Origin: an uncultured Pelagibacteraceae bacterium
Lineage (GTDB): Bacteria; Pseudomonadota; Alphaproteobacteria; Pelagibacterales; AG-422-B15
Assembly: GCA_902564295.1 (NCBI GenBank)
Contig: CACFAO010000002.1
Coordinates: forward strand, 12,126 to 76,125
Length of the DNA stretch: 64,000 nt
Direction: 5' to 3'
Part shown: positions 56,147 to 64,000 of the stretch, in pieces
Position numbering within the stretch: position 1 is the first letter of the stretch
Layout: the number at the start of each line of letters is the position of its first letter
Position numbers and translations under genes: made by a program
Notes under the pieces: generated by a model
What the model saw: only the letters and a program-made list of their open reading frames with translations
The model's database searches: none
Told to the model about the DNA's origin: nothing

Positions 56147-57253
56147 ATGAAAAAAACTTTAGAGGTAAAGACCGGAACAGACAAATATAAAATATTAATT
56201 GGTGATAATATCTTATTGAGCTCAGGCTCATTAATAAAAAAGAAATTAATGAATCCACGAGTTTTTATAATTACTAATAAATTTATTCATAAGCTTTACG
56301 GAAAAAAGTTAGAGAACTCACTAAAAAAAAATAAAATAAGTTTTAACAAGATAATAATTAATGATGGTGAGAAATACAAAAATATTAAAACTATTAATTT
56401 AATTACGTCTAAACTTCTCAAATATAAGGTTGATAGGAACGATACTTTAATTGCTTTTGGTGGAGGTGTTATCGGTGATATTGTCGGTTTTTCAGCAAGT
56501 ATCACATTAAGAGGTATTAATTTTATTCAGATACCTACAACATTATTATCGCAAGTCGATTCTGCGGTAGGAGGCAAAACAGGAGTCAATACTAAAGAAG
56601 GCAAAAATCTGATAGGTACCTTTTACCAACCTAAATTAGTCATTTCGGATGTTTCACTATTAAAATCTCTTCCAAAAAGGGAGATTTTATCTGGCTATGC
56701 TGAAATAATTAAGTATGGACTCATTATGGATAAAAGATTCCTTAATTGGCTTTTATATAATGAGTCGAAGCTTATGACATTTAACAAAAAATATTTGATT
56801 GAAGCTGTTTTTCACTCTTGCAAAAATAAAGCAATAATTGTAAGTAAAGATGAAAAAGAAAAAAATATAAGAGCAATACTTAATCTAGGTCATACTTTTG
56901 GACATGCTATTGAAGCAATAAATAATTATCAAAAATCATTAACACATGGAGAAGCCGTATCTATAGGCATTATGATGGCTCTTGAAATGTCATCACTTCA
57001 AGGAAATATTTTAAATAAAAATATAAATAAAATAAAAGATCATTTTCAAAAATTAAAAATGAAAACCAAAATACCTAATAATATAAAGAGCAAAATATCA
57101 CTTAATAAATTTAAAGAGATAATGAATTCTGACAAAAAAGTAAAAAATAATCATATAAATCTAATACTTTTAAGAAGCTTAGGTAAAGCTTACTTAGCCA
57201 ATCGATATTCAAATAGAAAATTAGATAGTGTGATAAATAAGTATATAAATTAG
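56147..57253 (+). CDS. aroB: 3-dehydroquinate synthase
   Basis: GGGVIGD, PTTLLSQVD, LNLGHTFGHAIE, HGEAV. Confidence 0.96.
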   Translation: MKKTLEVKTGTDKYKILIGDNILLSSGSLIKKKLMNPRVFIITNKFIHKLYGKKLENSLKKNKISFNKIIINDGEKYKNIKTINLITSKLLKYKVDRNDTLIAFGGGVIGDIVGFSASITLRGINFIQIPTTLLSQVDSAVGGKTGVNTKEGKNLIGTFYQPKLVISDVSLLKSLPKREILSGYAEIIKYGLIMDKRFLNWLLYNESKLMTFNKKYLIEAVFHSCKNKAIIVSKDEKEKNIRAILNLGHTFGHAIEAINNYQKSLTHGEAVSIGIMMALEMSSLQGNILNKNINKIKDHFQKLKMKTKIPNNIKSKISLNKFKEIMNSDKKVKNNHINLILLRSLGKAYLANRYSNRKLDSVINKYIN

Positions 57254-58522
57254 ATGATATTTGAAATTATCGTATTATTTTTAGCCATAATAGTTCTTTT
57301 AGCATTTTCTGCATTTTTCTCGGGATCAGAAACAGCATTAACAGCAAGTACGCGAAGTAGGTTAACCGGCCTTAGCATGAAGGGTAAAAAGAATTCTAAT
57401 GTCGCGATAGATTTATTAAATAAGAAAGAAGCCTTAATTGGAGCGATTTTACTTGGTAATAATTTAGTCAATATTCTTGCTTCAGCTTTAGCTACTAGTT
57501 TATTAATTAAAATTTTTGGAAATACAGGTGTTGCTTATGCCGTAATCATAATGACAGCATTAATTGTAATTTTTGCAGAAATTCTTCCTAAAAGCTATGC
57601 TATTGCAAATGCAGAGAAAATGGCACTATTAGTAAGTCCATTTTTAAAACCATTTGTAACGATCCTAGCGCCTGTAACGTGGCTGATGGAAAAAATTGTT
57701 TTTACTATTTTAAATATAATTGGAATTAAACATGACCAGAATGCAAGAAGTTTATCTGTAGCTGATGAAATTAGGGGAACTGTAGATCTCCATCATAAAG
57801 AAGGAAGATTATTCAAAATGGATAAAGATATGGTAACTGGAATTTTAGATTTATCAGAAACAACTGTTGAAGATATTATGGTTCATAGAAGTAACATCTT
57901 TATGGTTAATATTGATGAAGATCCTGAAAAAATAATAAGCCAAGTTGTTGAAAGTCCGTATACAAGAATACCCGTGTGGAAAGACAACAATGAAAATATT
58001 ATCGGCCTACTACATGCAAAAAATCTATTAAGAAAGCTAAATGAACTTAAATCTGTAAAAATTTCAAGAGAGGACATAAAGCAATCATTAATTAAAACGT
58101 GGTTTGTGCCAGAAACTACCCCTTTAAAAAATCAATTACAAATGCATCTAAATAGAAAAATTAAATTAGCAATGGTGGTTGATGAATATGGTGTGTTAAA
58201 TGGAATGATAAGCCTTGAAGATATTATTGAAGAGATTGTTGGAGAAATCAGCGATGAACATGATATCGATTTAGCTGATATTGAAAGAAATAAAGATGGC
58301 TCAATTAAAGTACAAGGATCTACAGAAATAAGAAACATTAATAGAAGTTTTGGTTGGGACCTACCTGATGAAGAAGCGAATACTATTTCTGGCTTAATAA
58401 TAAATGAGTCAAGGTCCTTTCCTAAAGCTGGACAAGTTTTTCAATTTTATGGATTTAAATTTGAAATAATTGAAACAAAAAGAAATTTGATTTCGCAAGT
58501 CAAAATTGCGTCACTTAATTAA
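57254..58522 (+). CDS. HlyC/CorC (CNNM-CBS-CorC) family transporter
   Basis: AFFSGSETA, GNNLVN, EILPK, VVDEYG, EDIIEEIVGEISDE. Confidence 0.92.
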   Translation: MIFEIIVLFLAIIVLLAFSAFFSGSETALTASTRSRLTGLSMKGKKNSNVAIDLLNKKEALIGAILLGNNLVNILASALATSLLIKIFGNTGVAYAVIIMTALIVIFAEILPKSYAIANAEKMALLVSPFLKPFVTILAPVTWLMEKIVFTILNIIGIKHDQNARSLSVADEIRGTVDLHHKEGRLFKMDKDMVTGILDLSETTVEDIMVHRSNIFMVNIDEDPEKIISQVVESPYTRIPVWKDNNENIIGLLHAKNLLRKLNELKSVKISREDIKQSLIKTWFVPETTPLKNQLQMHLNRKIKLAMVVDEYGVLNGMISLEDIIEEIVGEISDEHDIDLADIERNKDGSIKVQGSTEIRNINRSFGWDLPDEEANTISGLIINESRSFPKAGQVFQFYGFKFEIIETKRNLISQVKIASLN

Positions 58523-58792
58523 ATCATATTCTGACTTTATATAGAGTTTTAATCTTATTGAGTGTATCTCTGTCAATATTTCTTCTTTAAGTATGTTATG
58601 AACAATCCTCTCTCTTTCAATTCTTGAATGTCCATCAAAAGACTCTGAAACAATAATGATTTTAATATGTGAAGTATCTTTGTTATCACCTTCATAATGA
58701 TTTTTGTGTTGATCAGAAAAGTTTATAATTTTAAAAAAAGACGGGTTTAGATTGTCATTAATTTTCTTATCTATAGATTCTTCTAGAGTCAT
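58511..58792 (-). CDS. bolA: BolA family protein
   Basis: S..H..H, SHIKIIIVSESF, EIHS. Confidence 0.85.
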   Translation of the reverse strand: MTLEESIDKKINDNLNPSFFKIINFSDQHKNHYEGDNKDTSHIKIIIVSESFDGHSRIERERIVHNILKEEILTEIHSIRLKLYIKSEYDLIK

Positions 58793-58827
58793 GTATATTA
58801 ATCTAATCTAACATATGAAAAAACAAT

Positions 58828-59367
58828 ATGAATAAAAGAAAATGTCATTTTAAAGGGTGCGAAGAAATAGGAGAATATCGTGCTCCATCTTCCCCAAAAG
58901 ATCTAGGAAAATACATTTGGTTCTGTCTAGAACACATAAAAGAATATAACAAAAAATGGAACTATTTTTCTGATATGACAGCTGATGAAATTGAGGCATT
59001 TATCGAAAATGACATAATTGGCCATAGAAAAACAAAGCAAATAGGATCAAATGATACGAGTTATTTTGAAAAAATATCTAAAATTTCTGAGAGAATGTTC
59101 CAGGGGATGAATAATCTTGAAAATATGCTCGTACATCCTAGTTATTATAGTTCTAAGTATTTAAATGCTCTTGCGACTTTAGGGATTGATAATAAGGAAA
59201 GTTCACTCAATGAAATCAAGTCCAAATTCAAAAAGATTGTAAAAGAATTACACCCTGATACAGTTGGTAACAATGAAAAAAATAAAGAAAAATTAACTAA
59301 GGTTTTAGAAGCCTATAAAATAATAAAGGAACAATATGACAACAATAGAAAATCTCATGCAAAGTAA
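58828..59367 (+). CDS. J-domain protein with N-terminal Cys/His motif
   Basis: CHFKGC...YRAP...FCLEH..EYN..WNYF, HPD. Confidence 0.88.
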   Translation: MNKRKCHFKGCEEIGEYRAPSSPKDLGKYIWFCLEHIKEYNKKWNYFSDMTADEIEAFIENDIIGHRKTKQIGSNDTSYFEKISKISERMFQGMNNLENMLVHPSYYSSKYLNALATLGIDNKESSLNEIKSKFKKIVKELHPDTVGNNEKNKEKLTKVLEAYKIIKEQYDNNRKSHAK

Positions 59368-60325
59368 ACCTGATATATCAATCTCGGTTAATCAAGCGTT
59401 TGGATTTGATACAGATCTTCATGTTGAGGGTTTTTCAAAGAAATCAGAGTATGTTCCTGAAATCGATTCTAACTATTGTTTTGATAAGGCAACTACCATG
59501 GCAATACTGTCTGGGTTTAAATATAACAGAAGAGTTATGGTTCAAGGATTACATGGAACTGGAAAATCAACGCATATTGAACAGATTGCGGCTCGGCTTA
59601 ATTGGCCTTGCGTAAGAGTCAATCTTGACAGCCACATTAGTCGAATTGATTTGATTGGTAAAGATGCGATCGTATTAAATGATGGAAAGCAAGTTACGGA
59701 ATTTCAAGACGGAATCTTACCTTGGTCATTACAAACACCTACAGCTTTGGTATTTGATGAATATGACGCTGGAAGACCAGATGTTATGTTTGTCATTCAA
59801 AGGGTATTAGAGTCGGAAGGTAAATTTACATTATTAGATAAGAACAGAGTTTTAACGCCAAATCCATATTTTAGATTATTTGCAACTACAAACACCGTTG
59901 GATTAGGAGATACAACTGGACTTTATCATGGTACACAGCAAATAAATCAAGGGCAGATGGATAGGTGGAGCATAGTTACTACACTTAACTATTTAGATCT
60001 TGAACAAGAAAAAAAGATAATGCTCTCGAAAGTTCCTTCATTTAATAACCCTGAAAAGGAAGAGATCATTGAATTGATGATAAAGGTTGCTGATTTATCC
60101 AGAAAAGGTCTTGCAAATGGGGATATATCAACGGTTATGAGTCCTAGGACAGTTCTAACTTGGGCCCAAAATTCTGAAATTTTTGATCACAACTATTCCG
60201 CAGCATTTAAACTTACTTTTTTAAATAAGTGTGATGAAAGTGAAAGACAAATTATAGCGGAGTACTATCAGCGCTGCTTCGGTGAAGAAGTCACAACTGA
60301 AACAAGCAAATTTGATTTAGTTTAG
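59336..60325 (+). CDS. cobS: Cobaltochelatase CobS family AAA+ ATPase
   Basis: [31 protein letters not shown]. Confidence 0.93.
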   Translation: MTTIENLMQSKPDISISVNQAFGFDTDLHVEGFSKKSEYVPEIDSNYCFDKATTMAILSGFKYNRRVMVQGLHGTGKSTHIEQIAARLNWPCVRVNLDSHISRIDLIGKDAIVLNDGKQVTEFQDGILPWSLQTPTALVFDEYDAGRPDVMFVIQRVLESEGKFTLLDKNRVLTPNPYFRLFATTNTVGLGDTTGLYHGTQQINQGQMDRWSIVTTLNYLDLEQEKKIMLSKVPSFNNPEKEEIIELMIKVADLSRKGLANGDISTVMSPRTVLTWAQNSEIFDHNYSAAFKLTFLNKCDESERQIIAEYYQRCFGEEVTTETSKFDLV

Positions 60326-62160
60326 TGAAAGAAGATTATATAGAAGATATCAAAAAAGCTATATCTTCCACTACACGTGCAATAGCTGAGGATAAGGAGA
60401 TTGATGTTTTATTTGAAGATAATCTAACGTCGACTGATAATAAAATTGTACTACCTAAAATTGATAATAATGAGGACTTAAAAAATTTAAATCAATTACG
60501 CGGACATGCTGATAATGAGGCTCTCAAGTATAAATATCATAATAAAGAAACCTATATACAATTTGAACCTACTGGTGAAAAAAATCGAAAAATATACGAA
60601 GTTTTAGAAAATACTCGAATCCAGCTTATAGGCAGTAAGTTAATGCGAGGGGTTAAATCAAATTTAAGGACACTCTATGAACAAAAATTTAGAGAGAAGA
60701 ACTTAGATACTGTTTCAAAGCAGTCAGATCTGAATATTGAAGACGCAATAGACTTGTATTTAAGAAATAAAATCAATCCTGATTATCTTCCATCTAACTC
60801 AAATAATGCCCTTAATCTATGGAAGAAATGGTTGAATAATAAAATTAGTGACTCATCTGATCAACTTTTAAAAAATATACATGATCAAAAACGATTTGCC
60901 GAAAATGTGAACGAACTAATTAGAGAGCTAGACTATTATGATAATGAAAATAGTGATGGTGAAGACAACAAAGAAGAGGAAAACCAAAATATTGATCAAC
61001 TAGAAAACAATGAGGTCAACGAAATGGAAAGCCAGTCTTCCTTTAGTGATGAAGAATCTACTCAATCTGAGGAGGAGGTAGGTTACGATGAAACTGAGAT
61101 GAATATTGACCAACAAGAAGATGACGAATTAAGTGAAGTAGATGAGGGTAATACTGAAAACGCAACTCCCCAATACAATGCAGAAAATTCAGTAGAAAAA
61201 ATACTCAACGAATACGAAGTTTATACTGAGGAATTTGATGAAGTTATTACTGCAAAAAATATCTGTGAAGATGAAGAACTTAATAGATTAAGGGCTTATC
61301 TGGATCAGCAATTGAAAGCTTATCAAATGATAATTTCAAGATTGGCTAACAGGCTACAAAGGAAACTCTTAGCTAAACAAAATCGAAGTTGGGATTTTGA
61401 TCTTGAAGAAGGATTGCTTGATACCTCAAGACTTACAAGAATAATTATGGATCCATTCCATTCATTGTCATTTAAAAAAGAAAAAGATACAGATTTTAAA
61501 GATACTGTAGTTTCATTACTTATAGATAACTCAGGATCAATGAGAGGTCGCCCTATAACAGTTGCAGCAATGAGTGCAGATATTCTAGCGAGGACACTTG
61601 AAAGGTGCGGTGTTAAAGTTGAGATACTCGGCTTTACTACTAAAGCTTGGAAAGGTGGAAAGAGCAGAGAGCATTGGATGCAAAATAAAAAAATTCCATC
61701 CCCCGGAAGATTAAATGATTTAAGGCATATAATTTATAAAGCGGCTGATGAACCGTGGAGAAGGTCAAAGAAAAATCTTGGATTAATGATGCGTGAGGGA
61801 CTTTTAAAAGAGAATATTGATGGTGAAGCATTGTTATGGGCACACAAAAGGCTTCAGACAAGATATGAGGCAAGAAAAATATTAATGGTAATTTCAGATG
61901 GTGCACCTGTCGATGATAGTACACTTTCAGTAAATACAGGTAATTATCTAGAAAAACATCTTCGAGGTGTAATAAATTGGATAGAATCTAAATCTTCAAT
62001 ACAATTACTTGCTGTTGGAATTGGTCACGATGTAACAAGATACTACAAAAGAGCTGTAACAATAGTTGATGCAGAACAGTTAGCTGACGTAATGACTGAG
62101 CAGTTGGTAGATCTTTTTGAGGAAAACGAAAATAATTTAAATCGTCAGACTATAAACTAG
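60325..62160 (+). CDS. cobT: Cobaltochelatase CobT family vWA protein
   Basis: [28 protein letters not shown]; acidic linker. Confidence 0.93.
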   Translation: MKEDYIEDIKKAISSTTRAIAEDKEIDVLFEDNLTSTDNKIVLPKIDNNEDLKNLNQLRGHADNEALKYKYHNKETYIQFEPTGEKNRKIYEVLENTRIQLIGSKLMRGVKSNLRTLYEQKFREKNLDTVSKQSDLNIEDAIDLYLRNKINPDYLPSNSNNALNLWKKWLNNKISDSSDQLLKNIHDQKRFAENVNELIRELDYYDNENSDGEDNKEEENQNIDQLENNEVNEMESQSSFSDEESTQSEEEVGYDETEMNIDQQEDDELSEVDEGNTENATPQYNAENSVEKILNEYEVYTEEFDEVITAKNICEDEELNRLRAYLDQQLKAYQMIISRLANRLQRKLLAKQNRSWDFDLEEGLLDTSRLTRIIMDPFHSLSFKKEKDTDFKDTVVSLLIDNSGSMRGRPITVAAMSADILARTLERCGVKVEILGFTTKAWKGGKSREHWMQNKKIPSPGRLNDLRHIIYKAADEPWRRSKKNLGLMMREGLLKENIDGEALLWAHKRLQTRYEARKILMVISDGAPVDDSTLSVNTGNYLEKHLRGVINWIESKSSIQLLAVGIGHDVTRYYKRAVTIVDAEQLADVMTEQLVDLFEENENNLNRQTIN

Positions 62161-62443
62161 CTTTTTTTTGTGCATTATTCATAGCACGTTGTACTCTCTT
62201 TGCTTTTTGAGACAATTTCTTACTTTTTGTTTTTGTTAAAAATTCATCAATACCACCAAACTTGGAAACTGTTCTTATTGATGAAGTAGCTACAGAGAAT
62301 CTTATCTTCTTATTTAAAATATCACTTTTAAAAGTTACAGACTGAAGATTAACATTAAATTTTCTTCTTGTCTTATTATTGGCTTTGCTCACATTATTGC
62401 CAAATTGTACTTTTTTTCCTGATATATCACATGCTTTTGTCAT
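62150..62443 (-). CDS. rpmB: 50S ribosomal protein L28
   Basis: [10 protein letters not shown]...[17 protein letters not shown]; true start at 62443, not the 62545 ORF start. Confidence 0.93.
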   Translation of the reverse strand: MTKACDISGKKVQFGNNVSKANNKTRRKFNVNLQSVTFKSDILNKKIRFSVATSSIRTVSKFGGIDEFLTKTKSKKLSQKAKRVQRAMNNAQKKASL

Positions 62444-62489
62444 AGTAAGTTTTAAGTAAAGTTTTTGGTAATTATTGTCAATATGATTA

Positions 62490-63449
62490 TTACTTAAGGG
62501 TATCTTTTGTAATTTTTTCAACTGCTTCAAACATAGACATTTCATTTTTCATTACTTTTTCAGAGTATTTTGAAATATTTCCCGTACTTGACAATCGTTT
62601 TGTTATATCTGAAGCAATTATATTTTTTACCTCTTCTTCTATCCAGTATTCAAGTTGATTAGCGCGTCTTTCTTCAAATATTCCTTTTAACTTATTTTGA
62701 TCAACTATCTGATTAATTGTTTTAATCACTTCCTCCATCCCAGTTTGCTCAATTGCAGATACTAATAATACTTGCTTTTCTAGCTCATCTAATTTCTTAT
62801 AGTAACTTAGAGCTGATTTATAGTCAGCAGCGGTTTTTGAAGCTTCAATTTTCAACTCACCATCATTTTTATTAACTATAAATATATCCGCATACTCAGT
62901 AATACCTTTCTTTATTCCTTGCAACTCATCACCGGAACCAGGACCAACAATAAGAGTGAATATATCTACTAAGTTGCTTGCAACAATTTCTGATTGTCCT
63001 ACACCAACTGTTTCAATAAAAATAAAATCATAACCTGCAGCATCTAGTATGATGGATGCTTCGCGTGTTCCCATAGAGATACCGCCTAAAGCGCCTCTAG
63101 ATGGTGTAGATCTGATAAAAGTATTTGGATTTTTTGATATCTCTACCATTCGAGTTTTATCTCCTAATATTGATCCTCCAGTAATTTGTGAGGATGGGTC
63201 AATAGCTAAAATACCCAACTTATAATTTTGAGTTACTAAGTAACTTCCAAAGGACTCAATAAATGTTGACTTTCCAACTCCTGGTGGGCCCGAGAAACCT
63301 ATTCTTATTGATTTGCCTGGCTTCTTAATTAATTCTGAGATCAGCTGCCTACTTATTTGTTGATCAGAGTCTTTTGAAGACTCAACTAAGGTAATAGCTT
63401 TAGCAATGGCAGCTCGTTCTCCATTTTGAATATTTTCAATTAATTCCAT
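62490..63449 (-). CDS. meaB: Methylmalonyl-CoA mutase-associated GTPase
   Basis: GPPGVGKST, DPSS...GGSILGDKTRM, ETVGVGQSE, GDELQGIKKG. Confidence 0.93.
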   Translation of the reverse strand: MELIENIQNGERAAIAKAITLVESSKDSDQQISRQLISELIKKPGKSIRIGFSGPPGVGKSTFIESFGSYLVTQNYKLGILAIDPSSQITGGSILGDKTRMVEISKNPNTFIRSTPSRGALGGISMGTREASIILDAAGYDFIFIETVGVGQSEIVASNLVDIFTLIVGPGSGDELQGIKKGITEYADIFIVNKNDGELKIEASKTAADYKSALSYYKKLDELEKQVLLVSAIEQTGMEEVIKTINQIVDQNKLKGIFEERRANQLEYWIEEEVKNIIASDITKRLSSTGNISKYSEKVMKNEMSMFEAVEKITKDTLK

Positions 63450-63452
63450 TAA

Positions 63453-64000
63453 CTATTCTTTACTCAAGTTATCAGATATCAAATCAATAACTTTTTCAGC
63501 ACACTCTATGATATTAGAGCCAGGCCCAAAAATAGCAGATACATTATTTTTATATAGAAATTCATAATCTTGTTCAGGAATTATACCCCCAACAAAAACA
63601 ATTATTTTTGATTTAGGATCAATATTACTTAAAGCCTTCATAAGCTCCGGCACAAGAGTTTTATGACCAGCCGCAAGCGTTGAAACACCAATTGCATGAA
63701 CATCATTTTCAATTGCGTCCTTAGCGACATCTTTAGGAGATTGAAACAGCGGGCCCATATCAACATCGAATCCCATATCAGCAAATGAAGTTGCAACGAT
63801 CTTTGCCCCCCGATCGTGGCCATCCTGACCAATTTTCACAACAAGAACACGTGGTCTTCTGCCATTTGCATTTTCAAAATCAATAACCTTTTTCTCAACT
63901 TTCATAAAATCCTTATCACCTTCAAAGTGTTTACCATATACTCCTGAAACACTTAAGCTTTTTGCAAAATGTCTTCCATATACTTGCTCTAAAGCTTTCG
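63453..64000 (-). CDS. mcm: Methylmalonyl-CoA mutase, C-terminal part (5'-truncated by window edge)
   Basis: GRRPR, KIGQDGHDRG (B12 DxHxxG); frame stays open upstream (KALEQVYGRH...SGVY). Confidence 0.92.
   Translation of the reverse strand, partial: KALEQVYGRHFAKSLSVSGVYGKHFEGDKDFMKVEKKVIDFENANGRRPRVLVVKIGQDGHDRGAKIVATSFADMGFDVDMGPLFQSPKDVAKDAIENDVHAIGVSTLAAGHKTLVPELMKALSNIDPKSKIIVFVGGIIPEQDYEFLYKNNVSAIFGPGSNIIECAEKVIDLISDNLSKE

Noticed and set aside
62444-62545. N-terminal extension of L28 in the ORF track
   Set aside because: Artefact of an upstream in-frame ATG within meaB; homology starts at MTKAC.

Overview
This is an AT-rich chromosome segment of a streamlined, probably marine, alphaproteobacterium. 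The 16S sequence and gene set suggest the HIMB59/AEGEAN-169 lineage, but that is recalled from memory and not verified. Bases 1-30.5 kb form a cell-surface glycan island: gmd, galE, WaaL-like, WecA-like, wecE, wzm/wzt, a CDP-sugar module, rmlBDAC, glycosyltransferases and ugd. Bases 30.5-35.7 kb hold a minus-strand 16S-Ile-Ala-23S-5S rRNA operon. Bases 35.8-64 kb are core genome (prfA/prmC, ispG, lysC, ubiG, argJ, secA, accA, mcl, xerD, aroKB, cobST, rpmB, meaB, mcm). The main finding is a ~12 kb cassette between the 5S rRNA and the tRNA-fMet that normally ends alphaproteobacterial rrn operons. It couples natural-product-type enzymes (heme-oxygenase-like diiron oxidase, Fe(II)/2OG oxygenase, ATP-grasp ligase, four SAM methyltransferases) to a GT2/flippase/GT-C-like lipid-carrier transfer system. 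An Irr/ICE-like palindrome lies upstream of the two iron enzymes. All calls come from motif recognition; no searches were run.
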